A DNA stretch of 63,861 nucleotides, counting the filler, from Octopus bimaculoides (lineage: Eukaryota), in NCBI RefSeq assembly GCF_001194135.2. It is 4 parts of 4 records of this genome, joined end to end, with 100 filler letters (N's around TTAATTAATTAA, not from the genome) between each part and the next. Parts side by side here need not be neighbours in the genome. Positions count along the whole stretch, not along the records: positions 41,057 to 63,861 come from NC_068988.1; 3 more parts are not named here. The stretch is one strand, 5' to 3'. A program made the translations under genes and the position numbers. Positions within the stretch are counted from its first letter, which is position 1. Each line of letters opens with the position of its first letter. The notes beneath the pieces were generated by a model. The model saw only the letters and a program-made list of their open reading frames with translations. It ran no database searches and was not told the origin of the DNA. Of this stretch, positions 51,096 through 63,649 are shown in pieces.

Positions 51096-52279
51096 TTAGA
51101 TATTTTGGCCAGAAATTTGAACTTATCATTTCTAGTTGATCTTCAGTTGTTCATTTTCCCCACAGAATTTCTGGTTTAGCCCTTCAAATATTTCTTCCTA
51201 GCAGTGTTTAGCTGTTACACTTGTTATTTTTAACATTCTTATCCATTGTGACCTTTCCACTGTTCATATTCCTTCCCAGAAAATTTTCAACTTCTCTTAT
51301 TTTGTTAGAACCACAGTATTAATTTATGAGTTTTTTTTTGTTTTCTTTTTAACAAAGCTCTTGATAATAATGTTTTGGACTGGAGTCAAACTGTTTGTTT
51401 CACTCAAAAAATTCTGCAACAAAATCTTTGTAATTTGGCAAGAATCTCTTCTTCGAGGCAGTTTTTGACTTCAGGTACATTTTTGTTATATATTTGATAA
51501 TGATGATGATCATCATTGTTTAGCCTACACCTTTCCATGCTTGGATGGGTCAGATGGGATTTGTTGAGGTAGATTTTCTTCAGCAGATTTGAGGCAGATT
51601 TTCTTCCCATTGCAAAACCTTTAACTGTTTCCAAGCAAGGTAATATTTCCTCATGGCCAGACATATTTTCATGGAAGACTGGAAATCAACAGCATCACTT
51701 ATATGACAGTGATGCTTCTTTACAATCATTACATGATACTGAAACAAGGGTCCACACACATCCACACTCATACACATATGTACATACATACACTCTTACA
51801 CACATATACATACACATACATATACAATGGGCTTCTTTCAGCTTCTACCCACCAAATCCACCCACCCACAAGGCCTTCTTCAGCTTAGGACCACAGTAAA
51901 AGATACCTGCTCAAGTTGCTATGCAATGATGGCATTGAACCTTGTGTTTGTTTGTGTGTGTGTGTGTATCTGTATGTATGTATGTATGTATGTATATTTA
52001 TATTCACATACACAGTAAGTATGTGAAAGTAAAATGAGTGTGGTATAGATAAAACTGAGTAGTGCTTGAATGGATGAGAACTTAAACTCCAACGTCTTCA
52101 TCCAGGGAAGCACCTCTGCATTGAAAACTATAAGAACAATCCTTATTGAGCTTTTATGGAGGTAGAAAAGCAGATACATTAGTAGGCTTGAAGTGTATAT
52201 TTACATGTAGTACATTTAGTACAAAATATAGATTACAGATTAAAACAAAAAGACAACAAAAGAGAGGAATTATGTAAAG

Positions 52280-52559
52280 TCTTATCTTAACAGCTGTTTA
52301 AGGATAAGGATAACTTATGTAATAACCACATTCATACATAATAAGTGCATAATGCTATAGGTGTGTGCCACATCACAAATTCTGATAGAATTGTTAAAGT
52401 AAGTTAGATGACCCTCCTCAAGAGAACTTAACCTAACTTGCTTTAACAATTTCATTGGAGCTTGTGGTGGTGCATACATATGACATTATACAATTATTGT
52501 GTATGAATGTGGTTATTATATAAGTTATGTTTTGTCCTGAAACAGCTGTCAAGATAAGA
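52280..52559. mobile_element. Fold-back MITE (280-bp near-complete palindrome)
   Basis: TCTTATCTTAACAGCTGTTT...ATAACTTATGTAATAACCACATTCATACATAATAA...GTTAAAGTAAGTTAG versus CTAACTTGCTTTAAC...TTATTGTGTATGAATGTGGTTATTATATAAGTTAT...AAACAGCTGTCAAGATAAGA. Confidence 0.85.
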
Positions 52560-52676
52560 TGCGACATAATTCTTCTGTTTTGTTTTTTCTGTATTCTGTA
52601 ATCTATACTTTGTACTCCATGTACATATTCACTTCAAGACTACCAGTGTTTATCTGCCTTTCTACCTCTTTCTCTT

Positions 52677-52749
<73 letters not shown>

Positions 52750-54149
52750 GTATCTATCTATCTTTCTATCTACCTATATGTGTATATGTGTGTAACCTTA
52801 TCTTGACATCATATGATAGGTGCAAATGAGCATCACCATATTTGTGTAATACTTTTCTCCTTTCTTTTTTTTTACTATGTACGTTTCCATTTTTTTATTT
52901 CTTTCAGGATTGAGAAAGATTTTTCATTTATTTCATTCTTTGTATGTTTGTTTTCCAAATTGTTTATTCAGGTTTAGTTATTCCAATATGAGAAATTTTA
53001 GGGAGATACTCAGTTTTCTGTGTGACCACTTTTGCTGTTGCCTGCATAGATTATTTGGTTTATCCTTCTGATATTGATATTCACATCTTTTGTCCACCAT
53101 CTCTATATCTTAGTTGTGTTTTTATTGATGTTGCTGTTTTATCATTAACTGGTATACATGGGAAGGTTATTGTCCTTTTCAAAATTTCCAGCTTTGTAAT
53201 TTTCTCCTCTTAAATCATTTTCATATTCATATTTTATTTTCATATTCATATTTTCGTTTCTATATGTCTTGTTCAGCTTTTGTTGATTATCAATATGCTC
53301 TTGGTTTGCTGGGGTTTGTGTTTTAATATATGCTTTCTTTTTTTTATGCTGTGTCAGCTTTCAAAATTGATGTTCTCAATGTTAATAATCTCTATATTTT
53401 TATATTTGTTGTTTATTTTCATTTGTTCTTTGTATTTTCATTATGACACCATATTTGCATATCTGATATCATTACTTTTCTGAGAACGTATCTTCTTAAA
53501 CTAGCTAGTTAGTTGGGATTCAAAGTTATTTTCTCTCCAGATATATGCATATATTGTAGCAGACTCATTTTTAGGACAGTGTTTAGCTGTAGATTATACA
53601 TGTGGTATGGAAACATTCTTTTCATGTCCATTTATTTCTGTATTTTATTTCTTGGACAAGAGTAGTAAAATGCAGTCTCACCTTTTTTTTCAGTCAGGCA
53701 CTAACTTATTTGCATATGGCAATGTGGAATTCCATATTCTGTACCCATTATGTATAAAGTCCAAAGAACACATTCTTCTTTTAATGCTGGTCCAAATGAT
53801 AAGGTTTTCATTTGTATTGCTTGTTATGCTTTATTTTAGAAGGAATTTGTCCATATCCCTAGACAGTCGTGACAAAGCAAACATCAAGGACATTTTAAGT
53901 GAGACCATCCAGTCTTTTTCTTAGGCACAATGACCTATGAGAATATTATCCAATGCATTCTTCTTAAAAGATGAAAGGGGGTGATTAGCATTATTTTCTA
54001 AGACTCATGTTATCAATCTTTGCTTTTTTTCTTTTCAGCATTGATAAATTAAGTACCAGTTGAATACCAGGGCCAATGTAATTGACTAGACCCTTCCTCT
54101 GAAATTTCAGGCTTTGTGTCCATAGAAGAAAGGATCATTATTATTATTT

Positions 54150-54545
54150 TAGTTTGGCTCAGGTTTGGTCTTATTCCTGGTAGGAAATTATGTGGGTAGC
54201 AGGTTACTAACCTTAGGTGTCCATAAGTTTTCAGCAGTCTTTTGAGTGCTTAAAATTCTCCTGATAATCCTTGCTGTTGCCAAGAGACAAACTTTCTGTA
54301 GGATCTCCACTGGGTATTCTATATCAATCTCCTTCAGCAATTTGTCTATATCTTGGCTTACTGTCCCCAGGGCACCAATTATTATAGGCACGACTTTTAC
54401 TGTTCGCATGCTCCAAATTCTTCCTATTTCAAAATTTAAGTGACTGTATTTTTCTGTTTTCCTTCCTCTTTCTTTACAATCCTGGAATCAAACAGGCATG
54501 ATGGGTTGATAAGTAAGCAACTTCGCTTTTCCTTTATTATCACTG
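54150..54545 (-). mobile_element. Dong/R4 LINE extreme 3' end, 5' truncated
   Basis: KEKRSCLLINPSCLFDSRIVKKEE and VKVVPIIIGALGTVSQDIDKLLKEIDI...LQKVCLLATARIIRRIL; (TAA)n on both sides. Confidence 0.88.
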
Positions 54546-54551
54546 TAATTG

Positions 54552-54589
<38 letters not shown>

Positions 54590-55027
54590 GTTGTGCTGTG
54601 CGTGAGAAGACCCGGCAAGCCAAGTAAGATCGTTGCCAGTGCCCCTGGACTGGCTCTTGTGCGGGTGGAACATAAGATGCACCATTTTAAGCGTGGCCAT
54701 TGCCAGTACCGCCTGACTGGCCTCCGTAGGATTTTCGAGCAAGATCGTTGCCAGTGCTCCTGGACTGGCTTGTGCGGGTGGCACATAAAAGACACCATTT
54801 CGAGCATCGCCGTTGCCAGTATCGCCTGACTCGCCTTCATGCAGGTGACACGTAAAAGCACCTACTACACTCTCTGAGTGGTTGGCGTTAGGAAGGGCAT
54901 CCAGCTGTAGAAACTCTGCCAAATTTAGATTGGAGCCTGGTGTTGCCATCCAGTTTCACCAGTCCTCAGTCAAATCATCCAACCTATGCTAGCATGGAAA
55001 GCGGACGTTAAACGATGATGATGATTG
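54590..55027 (+). mobile_element. RTE LINE 3' end / RTE-derived repeat, young
   Basis: GCTGTGCGTGAGAAGACCCGGCAAGCCAAGTAA (AVREKTRQAK*), two ~100-bp internal repeats, GTTGGCGTTAGGAAGGGCATCCAGC, (GAT)n tail. Confidence 0.82.
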
Positions 55028-55856
55028 NNNNNNNNNNNNNNNNNNNNNNNNNNNNNNNNNNNNNNNNNNNNNNNNNNNNNNNNNNNNNNNNNNNNNNNNN
55101 NNNNNNNNNNNNNNNNNNNNNNNNNNNNNNNNNNNNNNNNNNNNNNNNNNNNNNNNNNNNNNNNNNNNNNNNNNNNNNNNNNNNNNNNNNNNNNNNNNNN
55201 NNNNNNNNNNNNNNNNNNNNNNNNNNNNNNNNNNNNNNNNNNNNNNNNNNNNNNNNNNNNNNNNNNNNNNNNNNNNNNNNNNNNNNNNNNNNNNNNNNNN
55301 NNNNNNNNNNNNNNNNNNNNNNNNNNNNNNNNNNNNNNNNNNNNNNNNNNNNNNNNNNNNNNNNNNNNNNNNNNNNNNNNNNNNNNNNNNNNNNNNNNNN
55401 NNNNNNNNNNNNNNNNNNNNNNNNNNNNNNNNNNNNNNNNNNNNNNNNNNNNNNNNNNNNNNNNNNNNNNNNNNNNNNNNNNNNNNNNNNNNNNNNNNNN
55501 NNNNNNNNNNNNNNNNNNNNNNNNNNNNNNNNNNNNNNNNNNNNNNNNNNNNNNNNNNNNNNNNNNNNNNNNNNNNNNNNNNNNNNNNNNNNNNNNNNNN
55601 NNNNNNNNNNNNNNNNNNNNNNNNNNNNNNNNNNNNNNNNNNNNNNNNNNNNNNNNNNNNNNNNNNNNNNNNNNNNNNNNNNNNNNNNNNNNNNNNNNNN
55701 NNNNNNNNNNNNNNNNNNNNNNNNNNNNNNNNNNNNNNNNNNNNNNNNNNNNNNNNNNNNNNNNNNNNNNNNNNNNNNNNNNNNNNNNNNNNNNNNNNNN
55801 NNNNNNNNNNNNNNNNNNNNNNNNNNNNNNNNNNNNNNNNNNNNNNNNNNNNNNNN

Positions 55857-55904
<48 letters not shown>

Positions 55905-55907
<3 letters not shown>

Positions 55908-56135
55908 TGAGCTGGCAGAATCATTAGCACTCTGGGCGAAATGCTTGGCAGTATTTTGTCTACCTTCATGTTTTGAGTTCAAATTCTGTCATGATTGACT
56001 TTGCCTTTCATCCTTTCAGGGTCAATAAATTAAGTACCGGTGAAATATTGGGGTCGACATAATTAACTAGCCCCTACTCCCAAAATTTCAGGCCTTGTGC
56101 CTCTATTTGAAAATATCGTTATTATTATTATTATT
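55905..56135 (+). mobile_element. SINE family N, CpG-decayed, between (TAA)n tracts
   Basis: GTGAGCTGGCAGAATCATTAGCAC...GACTTTGCCTTTCATCCTTTCAGGGTCAATAAATTAAGTACC. Confidence 0.82.
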
Positions 56136-56484
56136 AATAAAGTAGCAAAGTAATTGTTAGGTCACCAGACAAAATGCTTTGTGGGATTTATTTGGCTTTT
56201 CATTTTGAGTTCAAACTCTGTCAGTCAATGATATCAGTGCCAGCACTTTACTGGTACTTTAGTTTAATGACTTCAGAGAAATAAAAGGCAAAGTGGCAGG
56301 ATTTGCACTGTTGAATACAAAGAGCCAGAGCAAATACTGGGTTCAAATCCAGATGAAGTCAACTTTACTTCATATCCATCCAGATACCAACAACATAAGT
56401 TCCACTTACATAATGAGGTTAAATTTATCTGCTATACTTCATTCTCTGTTCAGCTTTGTGCCAATGTAAATAAAGATGATTATT

Positions 56485-56805
56485 TGATACTGTTGCTGTC
56501 GTTGTGGTTATTGCGTAATAGCTGTTGCTGCTGTTTGTTACAGCTACCATTGTGATACTGGTGGCATTGTTATTGATGATACTGTTGTTGTTGCTTTTAC
56601 CACTATTGTGTAACAGTGGTTGTTGATGTTGTTGTTATAGTTGCTGTTATGGTGGTAGTGTTATTGTTGTTGTTATAGTTGTTGCAACGGCTGTTGTTGT
56701 TATAGTTGTTGCAACGGCTGTTGTTGTTATAATTACTGTTGTTGTTATGATTGCTTTTGTTGTAATGGTTTCTATTGTTAGAGTTGTTGTTGCTACTGTT
56801 ATTGA
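56485..56805. repeat. Degenerate (GTT)n repeat with a duplicated 27-bp unit
   Basis: Direct; GTTGTTGTTATAGTTGTTGCAACGGCT occurs twice. Confidence 0.85.
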
Positions 56806-57654
56806 TTTTTTAATTTTTTTTTGATCGAGATAATTCTACAAACCACAACACGTCAGATCACATCAAATCAACTCATAGACGGAAGCTGCGAGAAAAGATG
56901 GACACTTATTAATCTGTGAAGAAACGGNNNNNNNNNNNNNNNNNNNNNNNNNNNNNNNNNNNNNNNNNNNNNNNNNNNNNNNNNNNNNNNNNNNNNNNNN
57001 NNNNNNNNNNNNNNNNNNNNNNNNNNNNNNNNNNNNNNNNNNNNNNNNNNNNNNNNNNNNNNNNNNNNNNNNNNNNNNNNNNNNNNNNNNNNNNNNNNNN
57101 NNNNNNNNNNNNNNNNNNNNNNNNNNNNNNNNNNNNNNNNNNNNNNNNNNNNNNNNNNNNNNNNNNNNNNNNNNNNNNNNNNNNNNNNNNNNNNNNNNNN
57201 NNNNNNNNNNNNNNNNNNNNNNNNNNNNNNNNNNNNNNNNNNNNNNNNNNNNNNNNNNNNNNNNNNNNNNNNNNNNNNNNNNNNNNNNNNNNNNNNNNNN
57301 NNNNNNNNNNNNNNNNNNNNNNNNNNNNNNNNNNNNNNNNNNNNNNNNNNNNNNNNNNNNNNNNNNNNNNNNNNNNNNNNNNNNNNNNNNNNNNNNNNNN
57401 NNNNNNNNNNNNNNNNNNNNNNNNNNNNNNNNNNNNNNNNNNNNNNNNNNNNNNNNNNNNNNNNNNNNNNNNNNNNNNNNNNNNNNNNNNNNNNCTTTGG
57501 TATTTAAGTTTCTGAATGGTTTGATCCTTAGTATGCTACTGGTACATAATTTATTGATTCCATTCTCATGGAGAAATGGAAATCAAATTCTCATGGATGA
57601 GATTTGAAGTGAAAAGAGTGAAACTAAGTATTGCTTTTGTCACTCTACTACCAT

Positions 57655-57880
57655 AATAACCCTTTCTAATATAGGCACAAGGCCTGGAATTTGTGGGGAG
57701 GGGGATTGTTGATCACATCGACCCCAGTGTTTCACTGATACTTAATTTATTGACCTTGAAAGGATGAAAGGTAAAGCTGACCTTGGTGGAATTTGAACTC
57801 AGAATGTAAGGACAGACAAAATTCTGCTAAGCATTTTTCCTGGCATACTAACAACCCTGCAAGCTCACCACCTTAAAAAA

Positions 57881-57915
<35 letters not shown>

Positions 57916-58510
57916 TGATGATTTCAAATTTTGGCTCAAGGCCAGCGAGTTCAAGGGAGTGGGTAAGTTGATTAGATCAGCCCCTGTGTTCAACTGGTAC
58001 TTAATTTATCAACCCTGAAAGGACGAAAGGTAAAATCAACCTTGGTGGAATCTGAACTCAGAACGTAGCAGCAGACGAAATATTACTAAGCATTTCATCT
58101 GGCATGCTAAGGGTTCTGCCAACCTGCCACTTTTCTCTACTACCATAATAATAACCCTTTCTGTAATCAGCACAAGGATTAAAATTTTGGGGTAGAGGAC
58201 TAGTCGCTTACATCAACCCCGGTGCTCAGCTGGTGCTTATTTTATTGACCCTGGATGAATGAAAGGCAAAACTGACCTCAGTGGAATTTGATCTCAGAAC
58301 ATAAAGACAAATGAAATACCGCTAAGCATTTTGTGCGGCATGCTAGCAATTCTGTCAGCTCACCAGTTTTACTATCACAATAATACTGATAATAATGGTT
58401 TTAAATTTCAGCACAAGACAAGCAATTTATCAACCCCAAAAGGGTGAAAGGCAAAGTCAATCTCAGCAGAATTTGAACTCAGAATGTAAAGGTGGATGAA
58501 ATGCCACTAA
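57655..58510 (-). mobile_element. Head-to-tail array of four family N SINE copies
   Basis: GAAAGG(T/C)AAA...GGAATTTGAACTCAGAA repeats at about 57770, 58025, 58265 and 58450, separated by TAA-rich spacers. Confidence 0.85.
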
Positions 58511-58587
58511 TGATAATAATAATTATAAAATTTCTGTAATTATTATTATTTGAAGTCTTGTGCCTTTAGTAGAAAAGATTATTATTA

Positions 58588-58608
58588 TCTGTATATATAA
58601 AACTGAGG

Positions 58609-58645
<37 letters not shown>

Positions 58646-59338
58646 CCCACAGAACTTCTGATGTTCGCAACTGATTTTCTCCACACTGGAAACATACATT
58701 ACTTATGTTCCAGAAATGGTTTTAGACTCTTAAAATTTTTCCCATACTGAGTATTGAGGCCATTGACGGCAGAAAACTNNNNNNNNNNNNNNNNNNNNNN
58801 NNNNNNNNNNNNNNNNNNNNNNNNNNNNNNNNNNNNNNNNNNNNNNNNNNNNNNNNNNNNNNNNNNNNNNNNNNNNNNNNNNNNNNNNNNNNNNNNNNNN
58901 NNNNNNNNNNNNNNNNNNNNNNNNNNNNNNNNNNNNNNNNNNNNNNNNNNNNNNNNNNNNNNNNNNNNNNNNNNNNNNNNNNNNNNNNNNNNNNNNNNNN
59001 NNNNNNNNNNNNNNNNNNNNNNNNNNNNNNNNNNNNNNNNNNNNNNNNNNNNNNNNNNNNNNNNNNNNNNNNNNNNNNNNNNNNNNNNNNNNNNNNNNNN
59101 NNNNNNNNNNNNNNNNNNNNNNNNNNNNNNNNNNNNNNNNNNNNNNNNNNNNNNNNNNNNNNNNNNNNNNNNNNNNNNNNNNNNNNNNNNNNNNNNNNNN
59201 NNNNNNNNNNNNNNNNNNNNNNNNNNNNNNNNNNNNNNNNNNNNNNNNNNNNNNNNNNNNNNNNNNNNNNNNNNNNNNNNNNNNNNNNNNNNNNNNNNNN
59301 NNNNNNNNNNNNNNNNNNNNNNNNNNNNNNNNNNNNNN

Positions 59339-59370
<32 letters not shown>

Positions 59371-60673
59371 CCTGCAGAACTTCTGAAGTTTGCAACTGAT
59401 TTTCCGCAAACTGGGAACATACATTACTTATGTTCCAGGGATGGTTTTAGATTCTTAAAATTTTTCACATAATGAATAATGGGGCCCCTGGCGGCAGAAA
59501 ACTCCCTTTCTTGGGGTATGTATGACTGTCCGCATGGTCCACATATTGCTTCTGTTCAAACTGGAAAAAACAGATACTGAAATGATATAAGTAGGTTGTA
59601 TTAAATGGATGAACCAATGTAGACTTCAAACTGTATTGTCTAAGTGGTAGCAATAATAGCCTGTCCCCGTAGTACCACAGGTAGCAATTTGTTGGAATAA
59701 AAACCATTTGAAATGCACTATGTTGATTATGAAAAATATGCTAAAATATATTAAATCTTGTGTAACTATTCAACTATTTTCTTTTAGCTTTAGTATCAAA
59801 GTCTTCTTTCTAAGTATAGACAAAGTCCATACAAATATTCTTCAGCTATTGATTACAAACCGAAATGTCTCACGTACATTAACCTACTAATCTTTGGTTT
59901 CTAAGACACAACCACGTTAGTTAAAGACTATGTCCTTAAAGTGGCCTTGCCTGCCTGGATGCTGCATACAGAATTGTTTTCATTTGGGAACTGTGTTGTC
60001 CTCATAATGTTTACACAAAGGATTGCATGGTTGAGCCACGACTATTGATTCCCAACCTTGTCAACAACCCAACATCACGTTATCCAACCACGTTTGTTAG
60101 AGACCGTGTCCTTAATGTGACCTTGTGCACTCCAATGCTGCATGCAGAATTATTTCTGTTTTGAAACTGAGTTGTCCTCACAAAGGTTGCATGCGTTTTA
60201 CATGAAGGAGTACATGGTTGATCCACGACTATTGATTCCAAACTGAAATATCGCATGACAGTGTTGTTTCCAAGTGCTTCCTTGCCAATCCCCCACCCTC
60301 CACATAATTTCTTTCATGTACATTTCTCTCATGTGGTGCTGTTGAGCATGCCCACAGGCTTAATTTATCACATAGATGTAGTTCCGATGTTTGCTAATTG
60401 TTCAGTGCAGTTGTGGCAGTGCCGACAAAGGAGAGCTTTTTGGTGTGTTCAAAAATCACATATCCTCCACCCACTTTTCCATGACAAGGTTAGGGCCTGA
60501 AATCTTCCAAAAAGATGCAGGATATGTCACTTAGTCGAATTAGCCCTTCATTTAATCCACAAATGTTTTGTCGTCAATGCTGCACTTCTCCATATCACAT
60601 GTTTCAGCTTAACTGTACCATATATAAAAACTATGCCATTTAAATCCTGAGCAACGCCGGGTATGTCTGCTAG
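58588..60673 (+). mobile_element. Non-autonomous Helitron
   Basis: 5' A/TCTGTATATATAAAACTGAGGATGTGTG; 3' CCTGAGCAACGCCGGG hairpin then CTAG/T; no TSD. The flanks rejoin as a (TTA)n tract. Spans a 559-N gap, so a single element is inferred. Confidence 0.68.
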
Positions 60674-60864
60674 TTATTAATAAGGCAGCAGGTATATCTG
60701 ATTAGCTGAATCTCAGTATGCAGCTGATATTTCATCTGATAGACCCTGGAGGGGCTAACCTCAATGGGATTTGAACTTAGAATGTAAAGTACACAACAAC
60801 TAAATTATTTGGTTGTATCAGTCCAGCACTCCAGCACTGACATTGTTGCTGACGTCATTGTTGT

Positions 60865-61110
60865 TGATGATGATGATGAAGGTAGTAATAGTGGTGGTGG
60901 TGGTGGTAGCAGTGGTAATAGTAGTAGCGATGATGGTGATCATGATCATGAGGATGGTAATGATGATGGTGTTGATGGTGATGATGATGATGGTGGTGGT
61001 GATGGTGGTGGTGGTGGTGGTGGTGATGATATTGATGATGATGATGGTGGTAGGGATATTGGTGGTAATGACAGTGATGATGATGATGGTTGTGGTGGAG
61101 GTGAGGGTTG
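60865..61110. repeat. Compound (GAT)/(GGT)/(AGT) trinucleotide array
   Basis: Direct. Confidence 0.93.
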
Positions 61111-61597
61111 GTTGTGACAGCAGCAGTGGAGGTGGCCAAAACAAATCATTGGCGTTTATGACAAGAATGAAAGATAGGATGAAATCAAAAGCCAAGTGAG
61201 ATAGCCTTAGCAATGCGGATTATTATAGTTTGTTTGATGGCCAAACATGGAAGATTATCATGAGGTGCTTCTTTAGTGCACAAAAGAAAAGAAAAATACC
61301 CCTTCCTTCAAAAGAAAGAAAAAAAAAAACAAAAAGCAAAACCTAAGGATTTACTGATTTATTTATTTAAGTCATCTAAAGTTTTTTGATGGAGGTAAAA
61401 GAATGAGTGGGAAAAAGCCAAAAAAACCAAAAACCAAAGAAATATCTTCACTGTATTAATCCACAAGATGGTAAGCAAATGAATTTGTATGAGTCATAAA
61501 AGCTGCTCTGATTGTATTCTGATTGGTGAAAACTGACAAAGAATTCACTGGATCTATCTCATCTTATCTTCAAGTATAATTTTCAATGATTCATTGT

Positions 61598-61649
<52 letters not shown>

Positions 61650-61774
61650 TTAACTTCTAATCCTCACATTGGCCTCCTATTGGTCTATTAGCCATTATAT
61701 TCCCCAATCTCCTTTTAACATTAAAACTTGGGTTTATTTGTTGCTGTTTTTCTTTTTACTTTTGCTTTTATTTA

Positions 61775-61969
61775 CAAGCTGGCAGAATAGTTAGTGCAAC
61801 AGTCAAAATGTTTCACACAATTTATTCCAGCCCTTTATGCTCTGAGTTCAAATTCTGCTGAGGTCGACTTTACCTTTCATCCTTTAGGACTGAGTTGATC
61901 TAATCGATGTATCCCCTTCCCTGCACCTGCTGGCCATGTGCCAAAATTTGAAACCTTTATTATTATTAA

Positions 61970-62008
<39 letters not shown>

Positions 62009-62230
62009 TATTATTGTTGCTGCTGTTGTTATTAAGGCAACAAGCTTGCAGAATTGTTAGCCTGTCAGGCAATGTTTAGTGGCATCTGAGTTCAAATTCC
62101 ACCAAGGTTGACTTTGCCTTTCATCCTTTCAGGGTCAATGAAATAAGTATCAGTTACTCACTGGGGTCAATGTAATTGACTTGCCTTCCCCCACAATTTC
62201 AGGCCTTGTTCCTATTGTAGAGGGGATTAT
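61775..62230 (+). mobile_element. Two tandem family N SINE copies separated by (TTA)n
   Basis: GCTGGCAGAAT...GAGTTCAAATTC...CTTTCATCCTTT occurs twice. Confidence 0.82.
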
Positions 62231-62334
62231 AATACTATTATTATTTGTTTCATTTGTTTCCATTGGGTGTTTGAATATTCTTGCTTCAAATTCTTAGCAA
62301 TGATATCTGTAAATACCCCAGCTACCCAACCATC

Positions 62335-62740
62335 TTAACCCTTTTGTTACCAATCTATCTAGGGCCAGACCTGCTTCTTTGATACAAATTTCCTATTTTA
62401 AAAAGATCTAAATCAAAATCTTGCATCAATATTTCAGATTACTAAAGGCAAAATTATTTTGATAAGTTCTTCATTGTTTTCAAAATTGATTGAAACAAAA
62501 GTAGTGGTTTCTTACTTCTGGAATAGTTGCTGATACAAGGTTGGTGACCGATAGTACAGTCCCTGAAGTGGTTGCTAAAATGTCTTGTGGTGTTTAGTTA
62601 TGTTGCTTTACCATATAAGATTGAATTCTACCAAAGTATACTGTGGCTTTCAACAGTCCAGGGTTGATTAAAATAAATTACTAGTTAAATTTATAGTAGT
62701 TGACTGATCCCTCCATCTAAAATTGGCAACAAAAGGGTTA
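62335..62740. mobile_element. piggyBac-type MITE with an internal SINE-like fragment
   Basis: TTAACCCTTTTGTTACCAA ... TTGGCAACAAAAGGGTTA; same TIR as the 35256 element but a different interior. Confidence 0.68.
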
Positions 62741-63649
62741 GCCAGTACCTTCTTCTAACAGAAGTTATATTCCCATAGGGTACAGCCAGCATATGGAACA
62801 GAGAACATTGCAAGTGAGAGGTGTCAATACTCTTGTGATAGACCATAAAATCCTACAGTTAAAAAGAAATGATTAATTCTATCAGTCAGCCGGAACTATT
62901 CAGAGATCTGTCTCACTAACATCAATAGAAAGATTGATTAGAAACCAATAATAATGATGCATGTATGAAAACTTCTACTAGAGAATTCATATCAGTGCCA
63001 GAAGGTCGATTGATTTTCCTTGTTGATTTCTAAGAATAAAGCTCTCCGTTTCTATGAACTTTATAATCCAATATTGCTTCTTCGCTTTGTTCAATCTCAT
63101 GGTTTTTGCACAAAAACCTTCTTCATGATTCCAGAATAAACCTTTAATGAGTCTTTGAATAACAGGAACTGGATATTTTCAACAAATCCCAAAAGCTATT
63201 TAGGTAGTCTACTGGAAATATCTTTTATTCTTATTAAGGATCGAAATAAATATCTGACCCAAATAAATATTAAAGCAACTTATTGATTGAGGTTTCTAAA
63301 TTGATTTCTATAACTAGCATCCCCACCACTTAATATACTTCACTGACAAAATTTGGATACCGCGTTTTACATTGTCTTTGTTTAAACCATTGCCACAAAA
63401 ACTTACCAAATAATTCTTAAGATAGAGTGTAATGGAGGATTTTCAATAACAACAATTGCTAATTACTAAAGAGAAATGGATATTTTGTTCGTTCACTAGA
63501 ACATTACATGCTACAATCTCTTGAGCACTGATAAGCCAAATAGAGAGGTTACTACATGGTTGATTGCCTAAACTCAAATTAGGCAATCATACTCATGCAG
63601 TTATAAATTCAACTTAAAATGCATATACATATATTAATACATACCTTCG

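Larger units (their letters stand above)
48840..53700 (-). mobile_element. Old, fragmented Dong/R4 LINE with nested younger insertions
   Basis: Colinear minus-strand motifs: RINQIIYAG (~53050), EEEILAKLQRF and EVENF (~51200-51470), FSLGKSAKETL, YKYLKVNE and ETELNAKNKVITINLLAVPVINYSY (~49700-50000), NHWLKISRMKAEAE...TRNY (~48880-48990). Confidence 0.62.

Noticed and set aside
61440-61476. ATG directly followed by donor GTAAGC
   Set aside because: A single short motif with no supporting exon structure; expected by chance.
62880-63430. Protein-like fragments on the minus strand
   Set aside because: Multiple stops in every frame. Only a faint L1/Tx1 ORF2 resemblance; cannot be supported.
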